From an uncultured Chthonomonadaceae bacterium (lineage in GTDB: Bacteria; Armatimonadota; Chthonomonadetes; Chthonomonadales; Chthonomonadaceae): a stretch of 64,000 nucleotides of DNA. The translations under genes were made by a program, and so were the position numbers. Positions 19,276 through 30,398 of the stretch are shown here, in pieces; the first letter of the stretch is position 1, and each line of letters begins with the position of its first letter. The notes beneath the pieces are model-generated. The model did not search any database. It had not been told where the DNA came from and worked only from the letters and a program-made list of their open reading frames with translations. Where the stretch lies: positions 384,001-448,000 of the forward strand of contig CAWIEK010000049.1 of assembly GCA_963835065.1 (NCBI GenBank), given 5' to 3'.

Positions 19276-21411
19276 ATGTTCCGATTGTTCCGCCGCGTGG
19301 CGCTTCTTTTGCTTTGTCTTATCGCCTTGTTCTGTGCGATGGACGCCCGAACGCAGGTGACGCTCAAACCCAACGGGCGCAATGCGGTTCCCCTGCGCGC
19401 CAAAGCGATACAGGCCAACATTGCCATTGAAGGCCAGTACGCCGTCAACAAACTCGCGCTCGTCTTCCAAAACGAAACGTCCGAGCGGATTGAGGCGGAT
19501 TTTATCTATACGCTGCCTCCCAACACGCTTGTTACCGCCTTCGCCTACTGGTACGGAAACGAAAAAGTCATTGCCCATGTGGTCGAGAAGCAGGAAGCGG
19601 CGGCGATCTACCGGCACATTACCACGCGGATGCGGGACCCCGCCCTTGTGGAAATGGTCGGCAAGAACTCGTTTCGCGCCCGCATTTTCCCGGTCATGCC
19701 CAACAGCGATTTGAAAGTGGAAATGACGCTGGTACAAACGCTGCCTTCCGACGCGCAGGGCGCGAGTTACACGTTTCCGCTGCAAACGCCGCGCGGGAGC
19801 GCTTTGGATTCGGTTGATGTGAATGTACACGTCACGTCCGGCGGAGAAATAACGCGCGTCACCAATGCCAACGGTCTGCCCGTTTCGCGCAGTTCGCGCG
19901 GCTACGACATTCGGCTGCATGGAACCAATTATCGCCCGCAGCAGGATTTACAAGTCCGCCTGCATCGTTCCCCGGCTGCCCTGCGCGCTGTCTTATACGC
20001 CGCCCCGTCCACGCGGGGCAAGGATGGCTTTTTCGCGCTCGCCCTGACCCCCAACCGCCCGCTTGCCAATCCTCGCGTCCGTATTCAGGGCGTCACCATT
20101 TATCAGGCCGTGCCGGACGACAAAGCCGCGATACAGGCCAATCAGGTTTACATGCTGACAGGGCGCTACAAGGGGAGTGGCAAAGCCAGAGTTATACTGA
20201 CCGGTACGACGGCAGCCGGCGAAGTCATGCTGACGCAAAAACTGCTTTTCCCCGCGCGCAACATTCCGAACAATCTTGCTACCAAACTGTGGGCAGCGGC
20301 TTACATGAACACCTTGAGCGCCGACAAGCGCAACCGCGCGACGGTTATCGCACTGAGCAAGCGTTTTGGGATGCCGAGCCGCTTCACGTCCTGGCTTGCC
20401 GTGCCAGCCATGGAAATGCAGCGTTACGAAAAAGAGATTTCAGAAGCGAAGCGCGAACCGATCACGCGCCGGCTTGCCGAAGAAGTCCTGAACAACCGGC
20501 CCGATAGCCCCACAGCGCGGAAACTGCGGGAGCAACTGCGCCTGCTGTGCCGCAAAGTCGGCCAGGACCCCGCTGCCGCACTGGACAACTACTTTGAATA
20601 CCGCTTCAACCACGTCGGCGAAACCCTGTCGGACCTGTACATCCGCCATGCCGAAAACACGTCCGAAGCGCGCAAACTGCGGCTGGAACTGGAGCGGATC
20701 GAGCAATACAAACACCATGACGGCGAATTTACCAATTTTGTCGCGTTCTGGGTGGTGAACCAGAAGCTGCAGGCGCTCGGCGAGGAAATCGCTTCGCGGG
20801 GAGAGGCCACTCCCGAAGCCACCCAAATCCATCAGGAAATGGAGCGCCTTGCCCGGCTGACCGGCCTGAACGCGCAGGATTACATCCATCCGGGAATGAG
20901 CGCGCGGCACGGCGACCCGCTTCTCAGCATCCAGGCGCCACAGGACGCGCAGCAGGTAATCGCCATTCTGCCCGGTGGAGAAATCAAGCGGCTGGCGTAC
21001 AATGCCGCGTCCCGCCACTGGGAAGCCCGTTTCGACATTCCCACGTATGCGGCGGAGGGCGCGTACAGCATCAAGATCGTGATTGTGCTTGCCGACGGGA
21101 CGCGCAAAATGCAGGTGTTCCATTATCGCGTGGATATTACGCCGCCTACGGGTTCCGGCCACGCGCAGGCCATTGTGTCCGCGCATCCGGCCCTGCGCCT
21201 TGAACTGGAAGCAAGCGCGGACACCGCCCGCGTCAAGGCGCTGCTTCCCTGGGGCGAACAGGTGAATTTGCAGCCCGGCGCGCAGCCCCACCACTTCTTC
21301 GCCCTCGTTCCCCTGCCATCTCATCTAATGGCTGCCAAAGGCGCTGTCACCTACATTCTCACGGACAGCGCCCACAACCGAACGACCTTTACAATAGATA
21401 TGGAGCAGTAA
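19276..21411 (+). CDS. Secreted VIT (vault inter-alpha-trypsin) domain protein
   Basis: Signal peptide; IEADFIYTLP...AHVVEKQEAAAIY...RDPALVE VIT signature; no obvious vWA MIDAS motif. Confidence 0.8.
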   Translation: MFRLFRRVALLLLCLIALFCAMDARTQVTLKPNGRNAVPLRAKAIQANIAIEGQYAVNKLALVFQNETSERIEADFIYTLPPNTLVTAFAYWYGNEKVIAHVVEKQEAAAIYRHITTRMRDPALVEMVGKNSFRARIFPVMPNSDLKVEMTLVQTLPSDAQGASYTFPLQTPRGSALDSVDVNVHVTSGGEITRVTNANGLPVSRSSRGYDIRLHGTNYRPQQDLQVRLHRSPAALRAVLYAAPSTRGKDGFFALALTPNRPLANPRVRIQGVTIYQAVPDDKAAIQANQVYMLTGRYKGSGKARVILTGTTAAGEVMLTQKLLFPARNIPNNLATKLWAAAYMNTLSADKRNRATVIALSKRFGMPSRFTSWLAVPAMEMQRYEKEISEAKREPITRRLAEEVLNNRPDSPTARKLREQLRLLCRKVGQDPAAALDNYFEYRFNHVGETLSDLYIRHAENTSEARKLRLELERIEQYKHHDGEFTNFVAFWVVNQKLQALGEEIASRGEATPEATQIHQEMERLARLTGLNAQDYIHPGMSARHGDPLLSIQAPQDAQQVIAILPGGEIKRLAYNAASRHWEARFDIPTYAAEGAYSIKIVIVLADGTRKMQVFHYRVDITPPTGSGHAQAIVSAHPALRLELEASADTARVKALLPWGEQVNLQPGAQPHHFFALVPLPSHLMAAKGAVTYILTDSAHNRTTFTIDMEQ

Positions 21412-21415
21412 GCCA

Positions 21416-23134
21416 ATGGGATTCCTGCGCCGTCTACTTCGCGCGGGCGCGCGGCGATGCGCTGAAGCGCTTCGCTGTATGGCCTGCGGCCCGGTGTCCT
21501 GCGGACACAATCTGCTGCGCAAAAATTCGCGTGGGCAGGCGTTAAAATCAGGAGTGACATTGTTCGTTTGCGCTTTGCTGCTTATTGGAGGCTGGCGGCA
21601 TTGGAACGCGCCGCGTCCTGCGTTGCCATCGGTCACGCCCGTTGCGGACGCCGTGTTCACCAGTACGCGCTACACGACCTGCCTGCTGCTGACGCCTGCC
21701 GGGGAGGTATGGGCGGGAACGCTTGGCGGCGTTTTGCGGCGGAATTCTGAGGGAACCTGGCAAAAATTCACGCGGCAGGATGGCTTGCCCTCGCAGGAAA
21801 CCCGACGTTTGGAATGGCGCAACGGCGCGGTCATCGCCACTTTCCCAACCGGCGCAATGGCATGGCAAAACGGCTGCTGGCAATCGGGAACACCGGAAAC
21901 AACACAAACTGAAACGCGGCAAGAAACAGGGCAAATCCTGCCTTTGCTTCCTGACCAGATTTGCGCTGCGACATGGCAGGGACGCCACTATGCGGCAGCG
22001 CTTGACGGCCTTTACACGCTGGAAAAAGGCAAATGGCAATCCCTGCCGCAGCCGCCGTCCAACGGTACGCACATCAGCGCATTGCTGTCCGAAGATGCCG
22101 CGCTGTTTGCCGCTGTGTTCGGGGACGGATTGTGGGCATGGAATAATCGGCAATGGGCGCGGGTCAACATAGATTTGCCGACTGAAGCGCGCGAAATTAC
22201 AACACTGGCGGGCAGTCTGGAGCATCTATGGCTTGGAACGCGGCGGGCAGGCGTTTGGGAGTATGCGGCAGGACGCTGGATAGCGCATCAACTGCCCCAC
22301 GAACCCATAAACCACAACTGTCAGGCATTGCGCATGGTGGGCGATTCGCTGTGGGTCAGTACACTCGAAGACGGTATGGCCGTTCGCGCGCCCACAGGCT
22401 GGGGTCATTACAATGCGGGCGCAATCTCCTCCAACGCGCCGCGCCAGATGGTGATGTTCGGCAGCGCCCTGTATTTACGGCACGGCAACGGCAAGGTGGA
22501 TCGGCTTCGAGGCGGCAAATGGGAGCGTAACGTTTGTGGCGCATTGCCGCGCCGGGAAGTGTCGGCGCTGGCCGCAGACGAACACCACTTATACGCGGCG
22601 CAATGGGGCGGTTGGAGCGAGTTCGACGGGCAGGCGTGGACGCATCATCTCGATCTGCCGGAGTTGCAGGGGCTTCCTATCACCGCCCTCTGCCCACAGT
22701 CCGACAAACTCTGGATCGGCACACAGGGGCGCGGACTGGCGGAATTTTCGCGCCCTTCCCACACCCTGCGCTGGCACGACGAGCGCAATGGACTGACCGA
22801 CGATTGGATCACAACCCTTGCCTGCGTCAACGGCAAAATCTACGCGGGAACCTTCGTCGGCGGGCTGTCTGAGTGGAACGGCGCAACGTGGACTTCCCCG
22901 ACAGCGTTAAAAGGCGAAAACATCACCGCGCTGGAACCCGACAACAGCGGCGGCCTTTATATCGCCACAAGGCATGATGTGTGGCGAGAAACACAGGACG
23001 GCTTACCGCATTCGCTTCGCCCTGCCTTCCCCGCGATATGTTCGGAAGCGCAGGCGCTTTGCCGCGTACCCGGCGGCTTGTGGATTGGAACCCGCACTGG
23101 ATTGGTATTTTGTACAGACGATACGTTACGTTGA
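21416..23134 (+). CDS. Beta-propeller (two-component regulator propeller-like) protein
   Basis: Repeated LW(L/I)GT..G and DGLP/NGL motifs. Confidence 0.75.
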   Translation: MGFLRRLLRAGARRCAEALRCMACGPVSCGHNLLRKNSRGQALKSGVTLFVCALLLIGGWRHWNAPRPALPSVTPVADAVFTSTRYTTCLLLTPAGEVWAGTLGGVLRRNSEGTWQKFTRQDGLPSQETRRLEWRNGAVIATFPTGAMAWQNGCWQSGTPETTQTETRQETGQILPLLPDQICAATWQGRHYAAALDGLYTLEKGKWQSLPQPPSNGTHISALLSEDAALFAAVFGDGLWAWNNRQWARVNIDLPTEAREITTLAGSLEHLWLGTRRAGVWEYAAGRWIAHQLPHEPINHNCQALRMVGDSLWVSTLEDGMAVRAPTGWGHYNAGAISSNAPRQMVMFGSALYLRHGNGKVDRLRGGKWERNVCGALPRREVSALAADEHHLYAAQWGGWSEFDGQAWTHHLDLPELQGLPITALCPQSDKLWIGTQGRGLAEFSRPSHTLRWHDERNGLTDDWITTLACVNGKIYAGTFVGGLSEWNGATWTSPTALKGENITALEPDNSGGLYIATRHDVWRETQDGLPHSLRPAFPAICSEAQALCRVPGGLWIGTRTGLVFCTDDTLR

Positions 23135-23235
23135 TTGTCTTGAACCATGATTTATGTGATTATTAGGATTAACATGATGAGACGTGCCACAATCATGGTA
23201 ATCATCTAAATCACATAAATCATGGTTCAAGACAA
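23135..23235. repeat. Long intergenic palindrome between convergent genes (REP-like / bidirectional terminator)
   Basis: Perfect 27-bp inverted repeat TTGTCTTGAACCATGATTTATGTGATT / AATCACATAAATCATGGTTCAAGACAA. Confidence 0.8.
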
Positions 23236-23236
23236 A

Positions 23237-25863
23237 TCAATGCAGCACAATCGTCAGTTCCTGCCCCTCCATAATAACGGCGAGATTGCTGAAGCGTAGG
23301 CGCGTTCCTTCCGCGTCCGCTTCAAGGGAACATTCAATGTCGGAGCCGTTTATTTGTGCCGTCACGCTTGTCGCTCCTGTTGCCGGAAGCGTCAAAACAG
23401 CAAGTTGCATTGTGCCCCATGCGACATGCAATTGCGCCGTAAGCGTCTTTTCCGTTCGGGTCAGGGTTGCGGTTCCCCAGCCTGTCGCCGTGATGCAGAA
23501 CGCGCGAAACTCGCTGTCCATCAGGCGCGGCTTGATAGTTAATTCGTGTGTGGAAGCGTCGTATTGATAGCCACAGGCCGCGTCCAGCAAGGCCCAACTC
23601 GACAGGGCGCGAATATAATGGTCGCCGCACTCCACATCGTTCCACGGGCTGCGCCGCTGCGCCATTATAGCGCTGCCGGACGGCGCGTAAAATCGCCAAA
23701 CCTTCCGCTGTCATGCCTTCGTACAAGCACAGGGCGGCTACTTCGTATTCAATGCCCGTCCAGATTTCATCGGAGTACAGCGTCGGCACGGGCGGGCGTC
23801 CGCCATTGCGGCCACGAGCAGATTAACACGCCCGGTTCATCGTCGCAGGCGTACACGCGCGGTATCTGCTTATGTCCAACAAAATTCTGGCGGAAATTGT
23901 ACTTGACGATGCTTTGCGCGGCCTGCTTAACACGCTCAGGCGGCAGAACGTGTCCCAATCCCAACGTATGCGCCCACCATTGCCCGAACAAATGATCCGA
24001 ATGGCAGCCCGCGCCGTAGTTTTGTTCCGGGTTTGTTTCGGGGTCATAAATTTGTATCCAGTATTCCCCGTTCCAAAGCAGGTCATTGTATCCCATCCGG
24101 CCTTTTTCAAAGCGTTCGCGGTATGCCTGCGCCAGTTCGCTCTCACCCTGCAATTTCGCCATTTCTTCCGACGCGCGCAGCGCCGCGAGGTACAGCGTCC
24201 CGATAAACGTGTTCGGGCCGAAAATGGAAATATCGTAGGTGTTGGGCTGCTCGCCCCGAATAACGCCGTCTTGTTCCGCATCGTGGACGGTCATAACATG
24301 CCGCATGGCCTGTGTGATTTTGGGCCACGCGCTTTTCAGCCAGTCCGGGTCAGGATTGCGCCGATGTTCCCGGTAGGTTTTCAGAACCATGCTCAACAGG
24401 CCGTCAAGAGCAGGCTTTTCCGGCCCGCCAATCGCCCGTTCCCACGGACGCGGCAGGTACAGCGGCAGGGTGACGCGGTGTGGCAGATACCCGCTCGGAT
24501 GCAGTTGGTGAAACAATTCCGTTTCGCGCATGGCGCGTTCCAGATCGGGAAACAGCGCGGACAGGCTCATCTCGTACGCGAACACATGGGTACAATTCAT
24601 GGGACAGCAGCCGCCCGATGCTTGCCAGTTCGTGCTTGCCCCACAGCAGCCTTCAAACCCGAAAAAACGCCCGTCTTCCGTCCACAAACACGTCGGGGTA
24701 CGAATAATGGACATTTGCGAACCAACAACATCCAAAATTTCATACGGCAGGGTGCTGTCATAAAACGTGTCTCGGAATCGGCGCGTGACGGCATCCAGCC
24801 GTTCAAAGTTGTCGCGAATATGCTCCACAACGGCTGCCGCCCCGCCAAATCGCTTGTTGTACGCATTGCCCTGCCAGAACAGGCTTTTGCGGTCTTCCAC
24901 GCCGCTGAACCCCTGTCCCCAATCCACATAGCGATTGGGAAAATGCCAGGCAAGCGCGAACGTCACGGTTTTAGTTTCGCCCGGTTCCAGCCGGAGGGGA
25001 ACGGAAAGAGCGCCGTTCACGGTTCTGCCGTCAGGCGTTGGCGAGGGGGCAGGAACATTCGCCAGCGCGGGCGCATTGCGCGTAAAATCGTTCCAGAACG
25101 TAAGCGGGTCGCTCCACGCGGCGCAGGCGTTGGCGTTGTCACTCAGCGCGGCAAGGCACAGCGAACCGTTACGCGAATGATTGGCCGACAGCTTGACGTT
25201 TTCCATAACAACGGCTGTCAAGCCGCGCAGTTTAAGAATGTGGTTCAGATTGCCGCCGTACCCCGCACATTCTACGCCCGCAATGTTCTGTAGGCCGTCC
25301 CACCCGACAAAGTTTTGCAGCGTGGCCGCGAAATGAACGTTTGCAGGCCGTTGGGCAGGATTATGCGCCTTAAACTGAAACACGACGGCAGGCAGCCCCG
25401 ATGTTTCCGCATCAAGTGGGCAAAACGGCGAATACGCGGTCAGCGAAATGTCAATGGGCAGCGCCTCGTCAATATACGTCACTTCGGCAAGGGGATACTC
25501 GCCCACAAACTCCGTTGCCTGTACGCCGGGCAGGGCTTCCAGCAGTTTCCTGCACTCATCAGGAACCACGTAATCGTTAACAGAGGGTATCGGCGCGAAC
25601 TCCTCTTTGTAAAGCGCCCCGGATTGCAAAACGCGACTGACTGCCGCCTGCCCCTCCCGCTGCGCCCGGACGGCAAAAAAACTATGCGGCACAAACGCCA
25701 GATGGTTGACCGCATTGTTCAATTGCCACTGCCGCAAACTGCCATCCCCGCACAGGGCTATGCTGCCCGTTCCAATGCCGCCAAGTGGCATCGCCACCGC
25801 CCGCAATCGTTCCCCCGCATAGCGCGGCGCAGCCGTTTTCCTATTTACATTTGAATCATCCAA
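23237..25863 (-). CDS. GH116 family (non-lysosomal glucosylceramidase-like) glycosidase; two +1 frameshifts (~23808, ~23659)
   Basis: MPLGGIGTGSI, GFEGC, QPNTYDI, EIWTGIEYEVAA, PWNDVECGDHYIRALSSW. Confidence 0.85.
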
Positions 25864-25953
25864 TTTTCGCTCCCCTGCCCTAAAATCAAAACACGCCTTT
25901 TCCACACCAACAAGAAGGATACAGGCATCGGCCTGTCGAAAAATCGCTCAACT

Positions 25954-26850
25954 ATGACCAACGCTACTTTCAACACACTGGACAACACAATTACCACTGA
26001 GGAACGTACCGACGCATGGCTGACGGAGCGGGTGCGTCTTTTGCGCGAGAATCACTTTGCGGACGTGCCACAGGGCTACCCGATTGTGACGCGGTTTTCC
26101 ACGCGGGCCAAATACCGGCTTGGCTGCATCTGCGCCCGTAACAGCACCGCGCTGATTCAGGTGAACCGCCTGTACGCCGATCCGTTCGTGCCCGTGTATG
26201 TCGTGGATGGCACTCTGGCGCACGAGTTGGCGCACTACGCGCACGGCTTCGGGTCGGGACTGCCGCAAAAGTACAAACACGCGCACCGGGGCGGCGTTGT
26301 GGATAAGGAATTGCAGCAGCGCGGTTTGGGGGAGTTGTATACTCGTTCGGAGCAGTGGCGCAAGCTGCATTGGGATACTTTTTATCAATCCCGGTGCGGC
26401 GACCTGATTGCGAAGCAAAACGCGCAGCAGGGCGTGGAAACCGCCATTTGGGAATTGTTTCTGCGCGCGCCCAACCGCCGCACACAAGCGGAATTACAGG
26501 CGCGTTACGCCCGTATCGCCACCCGCCTCGCCCTGCACACGCCCCGCGTTCCCCTGTTCACCGTGGAATGGCTTCATGCCACATCCCGGCAAGCCTATCC
26601 CTCCTACTGGTACGCCCAAACCCGCGTTCTGCGCCTGCATGGCCTCTTGGCGGACAAGCGCGTTCCCGACAATGTGGTGGATTTTGAAATCACCTACTGG
26701 CTGGCGCGTCAAGCGGTCGGCGAAGCGTGGCCGCGCATCCATGCCCTGCTGTGCAGCGCTGGTCTTCAGGAGGAAGCCGCTGCCGCCCTCGACTGGCGCA
26801 AGAAGCGCTGGAAAGCGTTTTGCGGGAAGAATCATCCACTGTGGAGGTAG
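25954..26850 (+). CDS. SprT-like zinc metalloprotease with degenerate second domain
   Basis: TLAHELAHYAHG...H; C-half repeats the VP..VVD fold without HExxH. Confidence 0.7.
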   Translation: MTNATFNTLDNTITTEERTDAWLTERVRLLRENHFADVPQGYPIVTRFSTRAKYRLGCICARNSTALIQVNRLYADPFVPVYVVDGTLAHELAHYAHGFGSGLPQKYKHAHRGGVVDKELQQRGLGELYTRSEQWRKLHWDTFYQSRCGDLIAKQNAQQGVETAIWELFLRAPNRRTQAELQARYARIATRLALHTPRVPLFTVEWLHATSRQAYPSYWYAQTRVLRLHGLLADKRVPDNVVDFEITYWLARQAVGEAWPRIHALLCSAGLQEEAAAALDWRKKRWKAFCGKNHPLWR

Positions 26851-26943
26851 ACAGTAGACAGTAGTCAGTAGAAATGCTCACTTAACCAACGCTTTGCTGC
26901 ATAGTACGCAGTTTACAAGAGGAGGTTTTCTACTGACTACTGA

Positions 26944-28095
26944 CTACTGTCTTCTGACTACTTCCTCATACACCCCCAGCACTCCCCGCGCCATGGCTTC
27001 GGGAGTATACGCCCTTCCCGCCACTTGCCCGGCCTGCCCCCATGTTTGCCGCAGTTCTGGGTTCCGCATCAGTTCCTCGACGGCATCCGCGAACGCTTCC
27101 ACTTCAAAGGGAACCAGCCGGCCAGTGCGCCCGTTTTGAACCACTTCGGTCGGCCCGCCCCTGTTGACGGCGACGCACGGCAGTCCCGCCTGCATCGCTT
27201 CGACGAGCGCCAATCCTTGCGTTTCATGGGGCGAGGCGAGTATGAACACGTCGGAAGCGGCGTACCAGTCGGCGATTTCCTCATGCGGCAATCGTCCTGT
27301 AAACACCACTTGCTGCCGCAATCCCATTTCTTCCGCCTGCTGCTCCACGTCAGCGCGTATTTGCCCATCCCCCACAATCGCCAGGCGGAAATCGTTCAGG
27401 GGCGGCGGCAGGTTACGTTCGCGCAGGGCTACGCACACGCGCAGCAGCAGATCGAGCCGCTTTTCGGGCGCAACCCGGCCCAGATACAGCAGCATGGGCG
27501 TGTCTTCACCCATACCCAAACACTGCCGGATGCGGACACGTCCTCCCGGTGTCGGGTAGATGGGCGGAACGCCGGTGGGCACGGTGACAAAGCGGGCATT
27601 TACGCCGTCCGCGATTAACGATTGGCGCGTATGCTGCGTGGGCACGATCACGGCCTGCGCGCGGGCGCAAAACCGGCGCACAACCCCTCGCGCATACGGC
27701 TGCCCCACAGCCCGCACCACGCGCAATTTGGAATTGGAAGCCATCAGATCGTACAGGGAGTGCGCCGTATAGACCATCGGCAGGCCGTGCTTGCGGGCGG
27801 TTTCCGCGCCCAGCCGGCCGACCGTAAAGGGGTGCTGGCAATGCACAACGTCAATATCTAAGGATGCAAACTCGGCGGGCAGGCGGGGAAAGGGACGCGC
27901 AGGCTGAAAGGGATAGCGGGGAAACGGCAAATCGGGCAGGCGGAACACGTCTTCCTCGCCTGGCTGCGGCGTACCGGGCGCAAAAACGTACACGCGATGC
28001 CCCCATGCGCGCAGCGTGTCGCGCAAAGTGACAACGGACGTGACGACCCCATTGGTGACGGGAGTATAACATTCTGTAAAAACGGCAATTCGCAT
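26944..28095 (-). CDS. GT4 glycosyltransferase (diacylglycerol glucosyltransferase-like)
   Basis: MRIAVFTECYTPVTNGVVTS, GRVAPEK, ETQGLALVEAM. Confidence 0.9.
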   Translation of the reverse strand: MRIAVFTECYTPVTNGVVTSVVTLRDTLRAWGHRVYVFAPGTPQPGEEDVFRLPDLPFPRYPFQPARPFPRLPAEFASLDIDVVHCQHPFTVGRLGAETARKHGLPMVYTAHSLYDLMASNSKLRVVRAVGQPYARGVVRRFCARAQAVIVPTQHTRQSLIADGVNARFVTVPTGVPPIYPTPGGRVRIRQCLGMGEDTPMLLYLGRVAPEKRLDLLLRVCVALRERNLPPPLNDFRLAIVGDGQIRADVEQQAEEMGLRQQVVFTGRLPHEEIADWYAASDVFILASPHETQGLALVEAMQAGLPCVAVNRGGPTEVVQNGRTGRLVPFEVEAFADAVEELMRNPELRQTWGQAGQVAGRAYTPEAMARGVLGVYEEVVRRQ

Positions 28096-28270
28096 ACGCA
28101 GGGATGTTCCAAATCTATGCGGGCGCAGCCGTTTTCCTCGTAGCCAACGCGCCACAAGGAAACTGCCCCGCGCTTAGCCGCAAATCACAATGCGGTATCG
28201 AACATCCCATTATATATGCGGAAGCCGCCTGCTGTCAACTTTGCAGCAGTACCTTCTCTTTCAGCCCTGC

Positions 28271-29143
28271 TTACCGAACGGCAAAGCCGCAGCGCACAAT
28301 AGCCGTTTGTCCGGTTCCTTTATCCGTGCCGGAAGTCAGCGTATTGGAAGATGCTGAGGCCGGGGAAGTATTGAGCGCATCGGGCAGGCCGCAGTACGCG
28401 GTTTCCAGCGTGTTTACATCGCGGACGGAAAGCGAAGTCCGCGAGTACACTTGCGCTGTGCTGCTCATCACGTCATTGGGATCGCCGCTGTGCCCGCCAA
28501 TGCCAAGCGCATGGCCGAACTCGTGCGCGGCAACCGGCGTAATGTCGGCAACATCCGTCAGATACGTCATATTAAAGGTTATTGTGGCGTCCACCAGTTC
28601 ACTCTTGCTGTTGGCGTGGTACTCCGTCACCGCGCCGTAGTGCGTGTCGCCCCGCGTTTCGTACTGCACCACGATAGTGGCGGACGCGGCGGTTCCCACT
28701 TCCTGAAACCGTACCGCAGAATTGGTCGCCTGAACCCACCAGTTAAAACCGGCAAGCGCCTGCGCCTTCCGCTCTGGTGTTACAAACGCGCCGGGCACAA
28801 AGTAGACGCGGGTGGGAAACGCGGCCCAATGGCGCAGTTGGTTGGGCATTCCGGTCGAAGCGTCTACTTCAGTGGCGAAGTTAGGCACGAAACTTGTCGC
28901 GCTGCATCCCGTCGAAGCCGGCGACGACGCAGTAGTTGTCGTCGTGGCAACCGCCGAGGTTTGGGAACCCGCCGCCGCGCTTTGCAGGGCTTGAGAACTG
29001 CCGCCCCCACTCCCGCACCCGCTCAAACCGCTTCCCACAATAATACCCATCAGCAAGCGCCGCATGCGCCCACCCATCCGCCCCGCCCGTGCATATCGTG
29101 CCATTCCCATTCCTGCTCCCCTCCCCTGCATTGTCTGCGACAA
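28271..29143 (-). CDS. Matrixin family metalloprotease lipoprotein
   Basis: LSGC lipobox; HEFGHALGIGGHS plus Met-turn DVM. Confidence 0.88.
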   Translation of the reverse strand: MSQTMQGRGAGMGMARYARAGRMGGRMRRLLMGIIVGSGLSGCGSGGGSSQALQSAAAGSQTSAVATTTTTASSPASTGCSATSFVPNFATEVDASTGMPNQLRHWAAFPTRVYFVPGAFVTPERKAQALAGFNWWVQATNSAVRFQEVGTAASATIVVQYETRGDTHYGAVTEYHANSKSELVDATITFNMTYLTDVADITPVAAHEFGHALGIGGHSGDPNDVMSSTAQVYSRTSLSVRDVNTLETAYCGLPDALNTSPASASSNTLTSGTDKGTGQTAIVRCGFAVR

Positions 29144-29270
29144 ACCGATGTTTTCTCCTGTTTATCATCGGCAAACGCCCGCAAAACTACAGAGGAAAGG
29201 CAGAAGAGGAGAGGGGGAGAAAAGAAGAAGAGAAGACAGAAGCCTAATACCTGAACACCTGAACACCTGC

Positions 29271-30260
29271 TCAATATGTCAGCGCCATTGCGCCGATAGA
29301 TAAGCCTGCGCCTGTGCCGGCGAGCAGGAGGTGGTGGCCGCGTTGGAGCCGGCCTGATTGTACGGCTTCCGCAAGCGCGAGGGGGATGGAAGCGGCGACG
29401 CAGTTGCCGCGTATGGGCAGATTGATGACGATTTGCTCCTTTGCAAACCCTAAACGCTCCCATAGCAGGCGCAGGCCGTAACTGCTGGCCTGATGCGGCA
29501 CAACGGCGTGAATGTCGGCTTTATCAAACGGCAACCGGGCGAAAAAAGCGTTGAAGAACGGCGGCAGGGCGCGGGCAGACATGCGGAATACCTGCGGGCC
29601 GCACATGGAAAACAGATTGTGCGCGGGCGTTGTAGCCGGGTCGTTGGGATGGTGCAGGCTGCCGCCGCCCAACACCTGCGTCAGTTCCGCGCCCCGGCTG
29701 TCGGTTTGAAACGCGGCATGCCACAAACACGATGGCTCACCGGCTTCGGCAGGCGTCAGCACCGCCGCCGCCGCCGCATCGCCGAACAAAACCATACTTT
29801 CCGGTTCGTGTGGATTGCGCGAGTACATGGAAATCTCGCTGCTGACGATCAGCACGCGCTTGTACGCGCCACCGGAAACCAGATGCGCTGCGGTATGTAG
29901 CGCAAACAGAAAACTCAGACACGTCGCGTCCACGTCGAAACAGGGACAGCCACTTGCGGCAAGGCCAAGTTCGCGCTGCAAAAACGCGGCGGTACAGGGT
30001 ACGGCCTGCTGCGGAGCGGCGGACGCGCTGATGATGCAGTCAATGTCGGTAAGATTTATTCCGGCGTTTTCAATTGCCTGCCGGGCCGCGTTCGCGCCCA
30101 TGCCGACCGTTGTTTCCGTCGTTACATAGCGCCGTTCCTGTATGCCCGTCACGCGCTCGATCCATCCCGAAGAAAGGTTCAGTTGCGCCTCTAAGTCCGC
30201 GTTCAACACGCGATGAACGGGCAGGCAGCATCCCAAACCCGCAATTCTGACTTTCAGCAT
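29271..30260 (-). CDS. 3-oxoacyl-ACP synthase III (FabH-like) family protein
   Basis: DATCLSF, LFGDAAAA, VPHQAS, GNCVAASIP. Confidence 0.88.
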   Translation of the reverse strand: MLKVRIAGLGCCLPVHRVLNADLEAQLNLSSGWIERVTGIQERRYVTTETTVGMGANAARQAIENAGINLTDIDCIISASAAPQQAVPCTAAFLQRELGLAASGCPCFDVDATCLSFLFALHTAAHLVSGGAYKRVLIVSSEISMYSRNPHEPESMVLFGDAAAAAVLTPAEAGEPSCLWHAAFQTDSRGAELTQVLGGGSLHHPNDPATTPAHNLFSMCGPQVFRMSARALPPFFNAFFARLPFDKADIHAVVPHQASSYGLRLLWERLGFAKEQIVINLPIRGNCVAASIPLALAEAVQSGRLQRGHHLLLAGTGAGLSIGAMALTY

Positions 30261-30398
30261 TTTCCCGCTCCTTGAAGTTTATGAACGTTTATGGCATTGG
30301 CGACTTAAGTATCCCGGTCGCAGACCGGCTGGCGGAACGCCCTGTAGACAGGTCGTTCACGACTCGGCTCATGGAGCAGTTTGATCTTTGAGCGTTCC

